From NCBI GenBank assembly GCA_958295885.1, contig OY282380.1, forward strand, positions 3,711,070 to 3,775,069: 64,000 nt of DNA, written 5' to 3'. The position numbers were made by a program, and so were the translations under genes. The DNA is from Arenicellales bacterium. Lineage in GTDB: Bacteria > Pseudomonadota > Gammaproteobacteria > Arenicellales > JAJDZL01. Position 1 is the stretch's first letter, and each line of letters begins with the position of its first letter. Of this stretch, positions 1 through 10,059 are shown one piece after another. The notes under the pieces are model-generated. The model was not told where the DNA came from and made no database searches. It was given only the letters and a program-made list of their open reading frames with translations.

Positions 1-1555
1 GTGCGGAGTAGTCGGTTATCTTTGTAGGAGAGATAACAATTCCACCGGGATGCTTGCTTACATTTTTGATCGTGCCTTCCAGTTTCTGTGCGGTGTCAAT
101 CAGCTCTCTCATTCGCGGCTCGCTGTCATATCGTTCTTTGAGCACGGATACTTTATTGAGTGCTTTTTCCAGCGTGATGTCAAGCTCGCGCGGAATCAGT
201 CTCGCCAAACCGTCATAATACAGATAGTCCGGACGAATCGCGCGGCCTACATCCCTGACTGCGGCGCGGGCTGCCATCGTGTTGTACGTCACAATTTGAG
301 CGACCTGTTCTCTTCCGTACCGCTGCGAAACATAATCAATGACTCGGTCTCTTTCTTCAACGCAAAAGTCAATGTCGAAATCAGGTGGTGAAATTCGGTC
401 GGGGTTCAAAAACCGTTCGAAGATCAGATCATATTCGATAGGATCGATTGTCGTAATTTTCAGCGCATAAGCAACCAATGACCCAGCACCAGACCCTCGT
501 CCAGGTCCGACTTGAATGCCTTCTGACTTCGCCCAGGAGATTATGTCCGCCACAATCAAAAAATAGCCGGCGTAATCGGTTTTCTTGATGATCTCAAGTT
601 CCTCATTCAATCGTTGCCAGTAATGATCGGGCACCGCTTCATCCATGAGATTTTTCAGCCCATTTTTACTCTGCGCGCGCAGGTGTGCATCGGTGTCCAA
701 TGACTTATCCTGCAAGGTGTATGCTGGCATCAGCGTTCGTTTAAGATTGAATCGAAAGTTGCATCGTTTTGCGATTTCCAATGAATTTTCAATTGCCTGT
801 GGCAAATCCTCAAAACTCTCGGTCATTTCTTTCGGAGATTTCAGATACTGTTGATTTAAAAAGTCATTTCGACGACGTGGGTCTGATAGTTCTGTTCGAT
901 CATGGATGCACACTTTAATTTCATGCACGCCAAATTCATCTTTTTTCAGAAATCTTGGGGAATGAGTCGCTACGACCGGAGTTTTCGTCAGTTCAGCTAG
1001 ATTTAACGCCGCGTCTTCGTATGTGTTTTCTGCAACATGCCCGATTCTGGCGATGTCCAAATAAAATCGACCAGGAAATAAGCGCTGATACTGTTCCAAA
1101 GCAATACGCGCATCGTCAATGTTTCCTTGAAGCAGTAAACTGCCGACCTCGCCTTCGTGAGTGCCAGACAAAGCGATCATTCCTTCACATGCCTCTGCAG
1201 TCAGCCATTTTTTTTTCAAGTACAAACCGCCTGAATCCTGACTGTGAGTTTGAGAGCGGGTCAACAGGTCGCAGAGTGATCGATAACCAAGCAGGTTCTG
1301 GCACAGCAGGACCAAAAGATAGGGAGATTCTGATTGAAAGTGATTCTCGATGGATACTTCAACCCCTATGATCGGTTTCAATCCTTTCTGCAGACAGGCC
1401 GTATAGAATTTCACGGCGCTGTGGATGTTCTGCAAATCAGTTACCGCTGCTGCGGGCATGCCCGATTCAGCCACATGATCGACCAGTTCGTCGACGCGGA
1501 TTATGCTGTCGGAAATCGAATATTCAGTGTGAACTCTCAAATGAACAAAACTCAC
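1..1555 (-). CDS. dnaE: DNA polymerase III alpha subunit, N-terminal part (gene continues beyond the left edge of the window)
   Basis: Absent from the ORF track because it has no in-window stop. My translation of the minus strand from GTG (1555-1553) gives VSFVHLRVHTEYSISDSIIRVDELVDHVAESGMPAAAVTDLQNIHSAVKFYTACLQKGLKPIIGVEV, a PHP-domain N-terminus. Around 400-660 the same strand reads ...YFLIVADIISWAKSEGIQVGPGRGSGAGSLVAYALKITTIDPIEYDLIFERFLNP, a conserved DnaE motif. The GTG overlaps the rnhB stop (GTGA). The lpxB-rnhB-dnaE order matches E. coli. Confidence 0.9.
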   Translation of the reverse strand, partial: MSFVHLRVHTEYSISDSIIRVDELVDHVAESGMPAAAVTDLQNIHSAVKFYTACLQKGLKPIIGVEVSIENHFQSESPYLLVLLCQNLLGYRSLCDLLTRSQTHSQDSGGLYLKKKWLTAEACEGMIALSGTHEGEVGSLLLQGNIDDARIALEQYQRLFPGRFYLDIARIGHVAENTYEDAALNLAELTKTPVVATHSPRFLKKDEFGVHEIKVCIHDRTELSDPRRRNDFLNQQYLKSPKEMTESFEDLPQAIENSLEIAKRCNFRFNLKRTLMPAYTLQDKSLDTDAHLRAQSKNGLKNLMDEAVPDHYWQRLNEELEIIKKTDYAGYFLIVADIISWAKSEGIQVGPGRGSGAGSLVAYALKITTIDPIEYDLIFERFLNPDRISPPDFDIDFCVEERDRVIDYVSQRYGREQVAQIVTYNTMAARAAVRDVGRAIRPDYLYYDGLARLIPRELDITLEKALNKVSVLKERYDSEPRMRELIDTAQKLEGTIKNVSKHPGGIVISPTKITDYSA

Positions 1556-2172
1556 GGTGACGACTCAAACAGTTTTTGTTGATTTGCAGCAGCTACCGGC
1601 GAGAAGCTGAGTCGATGAATAGGGGATATTCCGTATAGAGACAAGGCTTTCAAATGAAATGCGGTGCCATAACCAACATTTTTTTCAAACCCATATTGAG
1701 GATAATCATCTGCATAGCCGCGCATCATCTGGTCACGGGTCACTTTCGCGAGAACAGATGCTGCAGAAATGATTGGAACAAGCAAGTCGCCTTTTACAAT
1801 CGCTTCTGCCGGCATGTCAATTGCAGGCAGTTGACTGCCATCCACGACGACTTCGTCCGGACGAATCAGAAGCGACTCGACCGCTCGCTTCATCGCTTGC
1901 AAAGTTGATTTGAGAATATTGATTTCGTCAATTTCCTGGACGCTGCCAACGCCAATCGACCACGCGAGGCACTTTTCTTTCAAAATGGGAGCAAGTCGTT
2001 CTCGCTGACTTCGACTCAATTTTTTTGAATCGGTCAGTCCTCGAATTTCAAATGGTTCCTCCATGATGACAGCTGCCGCAATGACAGGACCTGCTAGAGC
2101 GCCCCTGCCCGCCTCATCGACTCCAGCAATATATTTATGGTTTCCGGTCATGGAGAATTTTAATAACCTCAT
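1552..2172 (-). CDS. rnhB: ribonuclease HII
   Basis: 206-aa ORF with the IAGVDEAGRGALAGPV catalytic motif. It lies between lpxB and dnaE. ATG at 2151 (MTGNHKY...) is a plausible alternative start. Confidence 0.93.
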   Translation of the reverse strand: MRLLKFSMTGNHKYIAGVDEAGRGALAGPVIAAAVIMEEPFEIRGLTDSKKLSRSQRERLAPILKEKCLAWSIGVGSVQEIDEINILKSTLQAMKRAVESLLIRPDEVVVDGSQLPAIDMPAEAIVKGDLLVPIISAASVLAKVTRDQMMRGYADDYPQYGFEKNVGYGTAFHLKALSLYGISPIHRLSFSPVAAANQQKLFESSP

Positions 2173-3301
2173 CAGTTGCTCTGGAGCTGGCGTCGCGTTT
2201 CAGCTGTGTTTTGAACTTACGAAATTGCGATATCATGTTCTCGCGGTAAATGTCGTCGTTGAGAATTTTCAAGATCTCAGGAATTATGCGCTCTGAAGTG
2301 CATTCACTTTGGATGAATTCAGGCACTACCGGTGATTCTCCGAGATGATTCAGAATCGAATACAGTTTGACCGGACTCAAAATTTTTATCAATGCATAAG
2401 AAAATCCAGACAGTCGATAAGCGACAACCACCGGTTTTTGAAAAAAAGCAGATTCAAGCGCAACAGTACCCGACGCGAGCAGGACTACATCTGATGCGGC
2501 AATCACTTCAGGAGCATTGCCCCTGCTAATTTTAATCGATAAATGAGGTGCTATATCCTGCTTGATTTGGACAAATAAATGATGCGTTTCATCGGTTGCC
2601 AATGCCGCAGCGAATTTATAACTGGAGTTATTCTCTCGCAGGCGTGCCGCCGCCTTAATGAATACGGGTGCGATTCTTTTGACCTCATTGACTCGACTTC
2701 CGGGCAGAAGGGCAATGATCCTGTCTGAATGATTCAAGCCAAATTGGGTTTGCATCACATCTGTATCTGAAGGCGTCGTAATTTCGTCTGCTAAAGGATG
2801 TCCGACAAATGTAAAAGGAATTTTGGCCTTCTCGTAAAGCGGACTCTCAAACGGATAAATTGTCAATAATTTGGAAACTGCCTTTTTTACTTTGCGCAAT
2901 CGATATCGACGCCACGCCCAGACCGATGGAGCGACATACTGAATCGTAGGGATTCCAACGCTGCGCACTTTTTTTTCAATCGTCAGATTGAAGTCAGGCG
3001 CATCGATGCCGATATACAAATCTGGCTTAGTACGTAGGACTTCATTCGTCAACTGTTTTCGAATTCGAAGTATCTTGAAAATTCGGCCTAGCAGACCTTC
3101 AAAGCCGATGCTGTTGATCTCCTCGATCGTAAACAGCGCTGACGCGCCTTCTCGGATCATTCCCGGTCCACAGATCCCTGAAACTTCAACATTGTCAATC
3201 CGAGCTCGCAGTGCACGAATCAATTTGGCACCGAGCAGATCACTGGATTTTTCTCCAGCGACCATCGTTATTCGAACGGCTTTTTTTGCTTGGTCTGACA
3301 C
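2135..3301 (-). CDS. lpxB: lipid-A-disaccharide synthase
   Basis: 388-aa ORF with an LpxB-like N-terminus (ITMVAGEKSSDLLGAKLIRAL). It sits directly downstream of lpxA in the canonical cluster. Confidence 0.93.
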   Translation of the reverse strand: MSDQAKKAVRITMVAGEKSSDLLGAKLIRALRARIDNVEVSGICGPGMIREGASALFTIEEINSIGFEGLLGRIFKILRIRKQLTNEVLRTKPDLYIGIDAPDFNLTIEKKVRSVGIPTIQYVAPSVWAWRRYRLRKVKKAVSKLLTIYPFESPLYEKAKIPFTFVGHPLADEITTPSDTDVMQTQFGLNHSDRIIALLPGSRVNEVKRIAPVFIKAAARLRENNSSYKFAAALATDETHHLFVQIKQDIAPHLSIKISRGNAPEVIAASDVVLLASGTVALESAFFQKPVVVAYRLSGFSYALIKILSPVKLYSILNHLGESPVVPEFIQSECTSERIIPEILKILNDDIYRENMISQFRKFKTQLKRDASSRATDEVIKILHDRKP

Positions 3302-3359
3302 AGGGGACGCGTGATTCTAAGCAGTTACACAATATGATATGAGGGAATGATGATTGTTC

Positions 3360-4130
3360 TTATCGTATGACTCCGCGTGAAGAAGAATAAATAAATTGAA
3401 TTAAATCAGATACATAATAGTCATGCTTTACATTATCGTCAATTTTTGCATCAATTTGGCCTAGAGTCATCTTTTCACGGAAATACAACTTAAACACTTT
3501 TTTTAGGTGATGAATGGATTTTTGCGAAATATCGCGACGAACGAGTCCTCGCGAATTAACGCAAATTGCACTGGGTGGGTTGCCATTTACAGTTACGTAT
3601 GGCGAGACGTCTTGCCGAATGATCGTAGATATGCCCGTCATGCAATGAGCCCCAATTCTGCAGTTCTGGTGAACCAAAGTAAATCCCCCTAGAAACGCAT
3701 AATCTCCGACTGTGACGTGCCCGGCTAGATTCGTTCCATTCGCAAAAACACAATGACTGCCGATCTGGCAGTCGTGTGCAACATGCGAATACGCCATAAT
3801 CATATTGTGGTCCGCGATGCGCGTCGTCTGCGCGTCAATGACAGTGCCGCGGCTGATTGTGACAAATTCTCGAATCGTATTGTGATTCCCGACTCTGAGT
3901 TTAGTCGCTTCACCGCGATAGTGAATGGACTGCGGATCTCCACCGAGTACCGCAAACTCGTGAACGTGATTGTTGCAACCAACGCTGGTATGGCTGCAGA
4001 TCACCGCGTGGCTGCCAATTCTCGTATTTGACCCAATTTTTACTTGGCTTTGGACAACAGCATAAGCATCAATCCGTACGTTTTCACCAAGAACCACATC
4101 CTCGGCAACGATTGCTGTAGGATGAATCAT
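3360..4130 (-). CDS. lpxA: acyl-ACP--UDP-N-acetylglucosamine O-acyltransferase
   Basis: 256 aa starting MIHPTAIV, with hexapeptide (left-handed beta-helix) repeats. It lies between fabZ and lpxB. Confidence 0.94.
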   Translation of the reverse strand: MIHPTAIVAEDVVLGENVRIDAYAVVQSQVKIGSNTRIGSHAVICSHTSVGCNNHVHEFAVLGGDPQSIHYRGEATKLRVGNHNTIREFVTISRGTVIDAQTTRIADHNMIMAYSHVAHDCQIGSHCVFANGTNLAGHVTVGDYAFLGGFTLVHQNCRIGAHCMTGISTIIRQDVSPYVTVNGNPPSAICVNSRGLVRRDISQKSIHHLKKVFKLYFREKMTLGQIDAKIDDNVKHDYYVSDLIQFIYSSSRGVIR

Positions 4131-4571
4131 TCACAATTCCTGAAAAGTGAACAGCAGCTCTGAATTGCAGACGACTTCGTCTTCCACCGTAGCTTTTGCA
4201 GCAGTTCGCCAGACATTCCGCATTCGACGCAGGGTGTGCGTTTCAATTTTCACATAGTCCCCGGGAAGAACCTGTCGTTTGAATCGAGCTTTGTCAATCC
4301 CTGCGAACAAATAAATTCTCGAATCCTCTGCTTTGGCACCGAGTGACAGGCTGGCCATGATCGCCGATGCCTGAACCATCGATTCTAGAATCAAAACCCC
4401 CGGGTAAATTGGCCAATGAGGAAAATGCCCTTGAAATACCGGATCGTTTACGCTGATTGCCTTCACCGCAACCAACCACTTATCTGAATAGTCGACTACT
4501 CGGTCAATCATCAGCATCGGATATCGATGAGGCAATATCTCTCGAATTTGATTTATGTTGAGTGATGGCAT
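4131..4571 (-). CDS. fabZ: 3-hydroxyacyl-ACP dehydratase
   Basis: 146 aa with the FabZ motif FQGHFPHWPIYPGVLILES. It lies between lpxD and lpxA. Confidence 0.96.
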   Translation of the reverse strand: MPSLNINQIREILPHRYPMLMIDRVVDYSDKWLVAVKAISVNDPVFQGHFPHWPIYPGVLILESMVQASAIMASLSLGAKAEDSRIYLFAGIDKARFKRQVLPGDYVKIETHTLRRMRNVWRTAAKATVEDEVVCNSELLFTFQEL

Positions 4572-4589
4572 ATTGGCATTCCGTCTCGG

Positions 4590-5657
4590 TTATTCCACCT
4601 TGCGAATTGGAGTCGACTTTTGTGGCGCATTATCCTTCCGTCCTTCTGAACTGTCGGCATTCGCGATCTTGTTCAACTTGACCAGGGTCCGCTTCCAAGC
4701 GATTGCCTCCCTCGCTGGAATCGCAGCGGAGTAGGTGCCTGGATTCAGAATCGATTTTGAAATGAGGCTGGACGCATGAATTACCACATCATCGGTGATG
4801 TGCACGTTGTCGATTACACCTGCCTGACCACCCAAAATGCATCTTTTTCCAATTTTCGCGCTGCCCGCAATACCGACATTGCCGACGATCATGCAATGAT
4901 CACCGATCTCAACGTTGTGGGCAATCTGGACATTGTTGTCAATCTTCACGCCATTTCCAATCTTTGTCACTGAAATCGTGCCCCGGTCAATTGACGTTCC
5001 GGCTCCAATATCAACATCATCTCCAATGACAACGTTCCCAATGTTTGGAATCGCCACCCACTTTTCGTCATCCCACTCGTAACTGTGTCCAGGAGCCCCA
5101 ATCACGACACCCGAGGAAATTCTACAGTTCTTACCGATGACGGTATTTCTGAAGATGGTTGAATTCGGTGCGATCCTGGTGTTTGGTCCGATGGATACGT
5201 CATCCCCAATCACCGTTCCATAGCCCAGAAAGACTCTCTTTCCGATGACTGCGTTTTTTCCGATGACCACATGCGCCTGAACCTGCGCACAGTCAGGAAT
5301 TGGACTGGCGCAACCGACGACTGCAGTTTCATCTACTCCTGGTTCCATTGGCTGAGACGGATGCATCAGCTCCACCACTTTGGCAAACGCGACGCGAGGG
5401 TTTTCCGCAAGGATCCGAGGGCCAAGATATTCTGAAATAATTTCATGATCGAGGATTACGATTCCAGCTTTGGTGGATTCCAGATACTGACGGTGGCGCG
5501 GGCTGGAACAGAGAGAAATTGAATCTTCAGACGCGTCTTTCAGACCAGAAACGTGAGTTACTGATTTGGATAAATTGCCTGAAGGCTGCCCGCCTGCGTG
5601 TTCAGCTAGTTCAGCGAGTGTCCACCACTTTTTATACACAACACCTGTCGCACTCAC
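4590..5657 (-). CDS. lpxD: UDP-3-O-acylglucosamine N-acyltransferase
   Basis: 355 aa with a long run of hexapeptide repeats. The skp-lpxD-fabZ order is conserved. Confidence 0.93.
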   Translation of the reverse strand: MSATGVVYKKWWTLAELAEHAGGQPSGNLSKSVTHVSGLKDASEDSISLCSSPRHRQYLESTKAGIVILDHEIISEYLGPRILAENPRVAFAKVVELMHPSQPMEPGVDETAVVGCASPIPDCAQVQAHVVIGKNAVIGKRVFLGYGTVIGDDVSIGPNTRIAPNSTIFRNTVIGKNCRISSGVVIGAPGHSYEWDDEKWVAIPNIGNVVIGDDVDIGAGTSIDRGTISVTKIGNGVKIDNNVQIAHNVEIGDHCMIVGNVGIAGSAKIGKRCILGGQAGVIDNVHITDDVVIHASSLISKSILNPGTYSAAIPAREAIAWKRTLVKLNKIANADSSEGRKDNAPQKSTPIRKVE

Positions 5658-6214
5658 TGATTGAACATCCGCTGGAGTTCTTCTACAACGTCATCCGTGA
5701 GGTTGATCCTTTCACTTGCCCAGACGACCGGGCTTTGTACGATCAGATCGAATTTCTGTTCTTCTGCCATTCTGACAATGACATCGCTGATGAACTGCTG
5801 CAGCTCCTCGAGTTCTTCATTTCGACGATAGTTGAAGTCTTCATTCATTTCAGACGTAGAACGTTGGACGTCGCGTGATAAGGCTCTTTCTCTATTCTGA
5901 AGATTTCGAATTTCATCTTCTGCAAGATCTGCTGCAGCCGAGTTTTGCAGCTGCGCTTGAACTTCACTGAGCTCAGCTTCGATTTCTGCCAGCCTCTGCT
6001 GCCGGGGCGCAAATTCCTGCTGAAGCTGTTCGAATGCCTGCCTGCCTTGCGGCGCTAGGTCGATAACTAGATTGGCGTTGATATAGCCAATTTTTATCGG
6101 AGTCTGTTCCTGCGCAAAAACGCTGTCAGAGACGAACGCGAGCAAAATACCTAGAAATCCTACATGGAAAATTCCCCGAATTGGGTTAATCCAACGATGT
6201 CCAAAATTCATCAT
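5654..6214 (-). CDS. skp: periplasmic chaperone Skp (OmpH family)
   Basis: 186 aa with a signal peptide (...SDSVFAQEQ) and a charged coiled-coil body. It lies between bamA and lpxD. Confidence 0.88.
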   Translation of the reverse strand: MMNFGHRWINPIRGIFHVGFLGILLAFVSDSVFAQEQTPIKIGYINANLVIDLAPQGRQAFEQLQQEFAPRQQRLAEIEAELSEVQAQLQNSAAADLAEDEIRNLQNRERALSRDVQRSTSEMNEDFNYRRNEELEELQQFISDVIVRMAEEQKFDLIVQSPVVWASERINLTDDVVEELQRMFNQ

Positions 6215-6221
6215 CTATGGT

Positions 6222-8585
6222 CTAGTTGAAATATCCTAGAGTGACTTGAAATCGGTCAAGATCATCTCCATCCTTTTTTTGAACAGGCAATGCGTAACTG
6301 ATCGAGAACGGGCCGATCGGTGACAGCCATTCAAACGCTATACCAGAGGATACTCTTAAGTTGTCAGCTTTCATTGGTTCGTAAGCACCAACAAATTCGC
6401 CAAGGAAAGTATTCTCATCGTCTTTGACCCTGAATGTATTACCGGCATCTATGAATGTGGAGACTCGCTTGTCATCCGAGTCTTCAGTCCCAAAAAGTGG
6501 CAGATACAATTCTGCTCGACCAAGTATGCGTACGTTCCCGCCAACGACTCGGTTGGTCGGACAGATGCCATACGAATATTCATCATTATCTAAGAGTTTT
6601 AAACGGCAGAGTTCTTTTGGTCCGAGCCTGGCGCTGTCGAATCCTCGAATGGTGGAAGACCCGACCATGTAGAAATTACGGAAAAATGGAAGTGCCTCGT
6701 TGGCATAATCAAAATTACCTGTCAGTTTCAAAGTCATGGATTCGCCGAGGGACATGAATCGAGAATAATGGTTCCGTAAGACGTAGTAGCTGTAGTCCCC
6801 TACGGAAAATTCCCCTGCCAGCGTCCATTGATGCCCTGAAGTCGGAAAAATCGCTCGATCTCTGGTATCCAATGTGTATCGGACTCCAACCAGCGCAGCG
6901 TTTGAATCCGGATTCTCCGAGATAAATTGATTGATTTGATAATCTTGCTGCAATGTTGGAGGAGCAGAGAGAGAGTATTGCTCAGCACCAAAATCCAACC
7001 CAATGGAACCTTCCTCAGACACTGGCAAAACGTAATGAACGCCAAATCCGGTAAGCCCGAGGTTGTATACAGAAGTATCGTCCGACTCTGCTGTGTCGTC
7101 TTCTGTGTATTTTACGCTGAATCCTCGAGATATGCCATCCAAAGTGTAGTATGGGTTGGTGTATCGAACGTCAATATGTTTTGTAACCTTGCCAATTCTC
7201 GTTTTCAGGGCCAACTCTTTTCCAGTGCCAAATAAATTTTTCTGTGAGACGTTAAAACTCAGCTGAGCTTTTTCAGAATCACTATAACCAACACCAAACA
7301 ATACGGACCCAGTCAGGGTTTCCGATACTGTAACCAAAATGTCAACTTGATCACTAACTCCCGGTACTGGCTGCACATCAATGTCAACATTGTTAAATAA
7401 ACCAAGTCGACCAATTCTCGATCGCGATTGAAGAATTTTTTCTTCAGAATATTCAGCACCCTCAAGCAATCGCATTTCACGTCTCAACACCTCATCGGCA
7501 GTAACCACGTTCCCGACAAATGTAATTTTTCTAACGTAGGTCAGTTGCCCCGGATTCACAACAAATTTAACACTGACAGTACGGTCCTCATCGTTGATTG
7601 TGGGAATTGAATCAACTTCTGTTCTTGCGTACCCTTGATTGGTAAATTCTTCAGTCAAATTAGTGCGGGTCTCATTGGTCGCTGAAAATGTATATAAATC
7701 TCCTGGAGTTCCCTCGATTAAGCTGTCCAATCGCTCTTGAGAAACAACATCGCTCGTCGATTCTACTGAAACGTCGGCAAGTGTATACTGTTCCCCTTCC
7801 GATACTGTAATCGTAATCAGCAGACCATCCCGTTCTTCAGTGATAAACGCTCTTGACGACACCACTTCGAAATCGATATACCCTAGATCATAATAATGGG
7901 AAGTAATCTTTTCCAGGTCCGCTATCAGCACCTGCCGGTTGTATCGGTTGTTTCGATTTAAGATTCCCAGAGTTTTTTTAGTCGACAATTTCATGACATC
8001 CAAGATGTCTTCTGTCGGCACGTCTTCATTCCCGATTAACAAAATTTCTTTGATCAGTGCAGCGTCGCCTTCAAAAATATCAAAATTGAGGTTGAGCCGA
8101 TTCCTTTCCAGAGGCTCAACCGACAATTCAATATCCGTTGCGAAATATCCAACTCGTCCGTACTGTTCTTTGATCAAATCAATAATTTCATCTGTTTTGT
8201 TCGGACTGTAAATTCCTCCCGATACGACCTGGGCGGCGTTCAGTATGCTTTCAATTTGGGCATCTTTAATCTTTTTGTTGCCGGCGAATGTCACTTCTAC
8301 CAGGGTGGGGCGCTCAGTGACTCTTATCACGAGGTCGTTCCCGTCGCGTAGAATTTCAACGGAGTCAAACAAATCGGTACCATAAAGAAGCTGAATGGTT
8401 CTATCCGAAAGCGAATCGTTCCACTCATCTCCCTGCTTTACAGGCAAAACAATCAATATAGCTCCCGGCTGGACTCGCTGCAAACCCTCAACCTGAATGT
8501 TCTCGATTAAAAAAGGCTCAGCCGCGAAACTAGGCGAAGCCAGCATAAATAGAAATAACAATGAGATGAAAGATCGTTTAAGCAT
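6222..8585 (-). CDS. bamA: outer membrane protein assembly factor BamA
   Basis: 787 aa with a signal peptide, POTRA-type repeats and a C-terminal beta-barrel. It follows rseP. Confidence 0.95.
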   Translation of the reverse strand: MLKRSFISLLFLFMLASPSFAAEPFLIENIQVEGLQRVQPGAILIVLPVKQGDEWNDSLSDRTIQLLYGTDLFDSVEILRDGNDLVIRVTERPTLVEVTFAGNKKIKDAQIESILNAAQVVSGGIYSPNKTDEIIDLIKEQYGRVGYFATDIELSVEPLERNRLNLNFDIFEGDAALIKEILLIGNEDVPTEDILDVMKLSTKKTLGILNRNNRYNRQVLIADLEKITSHYYDLGYIDFEVVSSRAFITEERDGLLITITVSEGEQYTLADVSVESTSDVVSQERLDSLIEGTPGDLYTFSATNETRTNLTEEFTNQGYARTEVDSIPTINDEDRTVSVKFVVNPGQLTYVRKITFVGNVVTADEVLRREMRLLEGAEYSEEKILQSRSRIGRLGLFNNVDIDVQPVPGVSDQVDILVTVSETLTGSVLFGVGYSDSEKAQLSFNVSQKNLFGTGKELALKTRIGKVTKHIDVRYTNPYYTLDGISRGFSVKYTEDDTAESDDTSVYNLGLTGFGVHYVLPVSEEGSIGLDFGAEQYSLSAPPTLQQDYQINQFISENPDSNAALVGVRYTLDTRDRAIFPTSGHQWTLAGEFSVGDYSYYVLRNHYSRFMSLGESMTLKLTGNFDYANEALPFFRNFYMVGSSTIRGFDSARLGPKELCRLKLLDNDEYSYGICPTNRVVGGNVRILGRAELYLPLFGTEDSDDKRVSTFIDAGNTFRVKDDENTFLGEFVGAYEPMKADNLRVSSGIAFEWLSPIGPFSISYALPVQKKDGDDLDRFQVTLGYFN

Positions 8586-8601
8586 AAGTCCTCTGCGGAA
8601 T

Positions 8602-9966
8602 TTAAAAAATACGACTCAAATCATTATAGAACGCGAATCCCATAATTCCCAGTAGCAATGCGAAACCAATTTGATTGGCCCAAATCAGCATTCGTTCAGT
8701 CGGAGGCGATCCGACGATGGCTTCATACAGGTGAAACATCAGGTGTCCACCATCCAAAACCGGAATGGGCAGCAGATTCAAAATACCCAAGGTAATGCTC
8801 AGCAGCGCAAGAAAACTCAGATAGTTGTTGAGTCCTGCCTGAGCCGCCTGTCCAGCATGTTCGGCGATCGCGATCGGTCCGCCGATGGCGTCGGCAGATC
8901 CTTCGAATCTCAGTAAATCGATCAGCAGTCTGGTGGTGAGAGTAATGATGGACCAAGTCGTTTCAAAGCCCCGAAGAATTGCTTCAACCGGACCGAGTCG
9001 GACCTTCACCACCAAATCTGAATTCTGCCATTGCTCTTCGACATCAATGAGAATTCCAACGCGCCAGATCGTCCGCTCCTCAACTCGGTGCGGCTCTGCG
9101 TTTAACGTAGCATTGTGAAGGGCTTTGTCCCGCCGGTATTGAACAGTCAGTGTCTCTCCATTTGATTCACTCACAATTCGAATCAGTTCGCGCCACTCGC
9201 CAATTGATTCGCCATTGATCTGCGCGATGTGGTCACCTGATTGAATTCCAGCTCGGTCGGCCGGGCTTCCGGCGACTACACTGTGGACAATCGGCCGAAT
9301 CGTTGGCAACTGCGGGTATACCCCCATGACTCTTTCAATGGAATCGGTTGACAGATCAATATCTTCGAGTTCGCTGAAGTCGATATGAACGTTTCTCTCC
9401 ACACCATCGTTGGACAATGTGAACTCAACATCGTTGCCACTGACAATTTGATTCAGAAGAAAAAAATGATGGTCGTCCCAGCTTTTGTTCACGCGCCCAT
9501 TGACTGCACGAACTTCATCACCGACTGCAAAACCCGCCCGATCTGCCAATTCGTTCTCTGCAACAGCGCCAACGTTCGGAATCAGGCCGGTGTTTCCAAT
9601 CGAATAGACGAGCACGTAGAGCAGTCCGGCGAGGAGAAAGTTTGCAAGCGGGCCTGCCGCTACGATTGCCGATCTTTTATAAAGCGGCTGTCGATTGAAC
9701 GCGGTATGCAGCAGGTCATCACTCACGTCATCGCGGGATTCATCCAACATCCGCACATACCCGCCAAGAGGTATGGCGGCGATTACATACTCGGTAGCCG
9801 ATTTCTTGGCAGGAAATTTGTAGATGGTCGGACCGAATCCAACTGAAAATTTGAGAACAGTCACACCTAATTTTTTCGCGACCCAAAAGTGCCCGTATTC
9901 GTGAAAGGTGATCAGTACGCCGATCGCGACGATGAAAGATAAGACATTGTAAACAATATCACCCAT
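8602..9966 (-). CDS. rseP: RIP zinc metalloprotease RseP
   Basis: 454 aa with HEYGHF (HExxH) in the first transmembrane segment and PDZ-like central repeats. It lies between dxr and bamA. Confidence 0.94.
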   Translation of the reverse strand: MGDIVYNVLSFIVAIGVLITFHEYGHFWVAKKLGVTVLKFSVGFGPTIYKFPAKKSATEYVIAAIPLGGYVRMLDESRDDVSDDLLHTAFNRQPLYKRSAIVAAGPLANFLLAGLLYVLVYSIGNTGLIPNVGAVAENELADRAGFAVGDEVRAVNGRVNKSWDDHHFFLLNQIVSGNDVEFTLSNDGVERNVHIDFSELEDIDLSTDSIERVMGVYPQLPTIRPIVHSVVAGSPADRAGIQSGDHIAQINGESIGEWRELIRIVSESNGETLTVQYRRDKALHNATLNAEPHRVEERTIWRVGILIDVEEQWQNSDLVVKVRLGPVEAILRGFETTWSIITLTTRLLIDLLRFEGSADAIGGPIAIAEHAGQAAQAGLNNYLSFLALLSITLGILNLLPIPVLDGGHLMFHLYEAIVGSPPTERMLIWANQIGFALLLGIMGFAFYNDLSRIF

Positions 9967-10059
9967 TGGTAATTTTACCCGCCCACAAACAAATGATCCG
10001 AGAGATAAAACGAATGTTCATGCATGACTTTACGTATGAAAAGAAATATATATATAACA

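Noticed and set aside
50-1582. Plus-strand track ORFs 50-391, 645-854, 955-1371 and 1334-1582
   Set aside because: They lie antisense to the clearly recognisable dnaE reading frame on the minus strand. Their translations are low-complexity and have no motifs.
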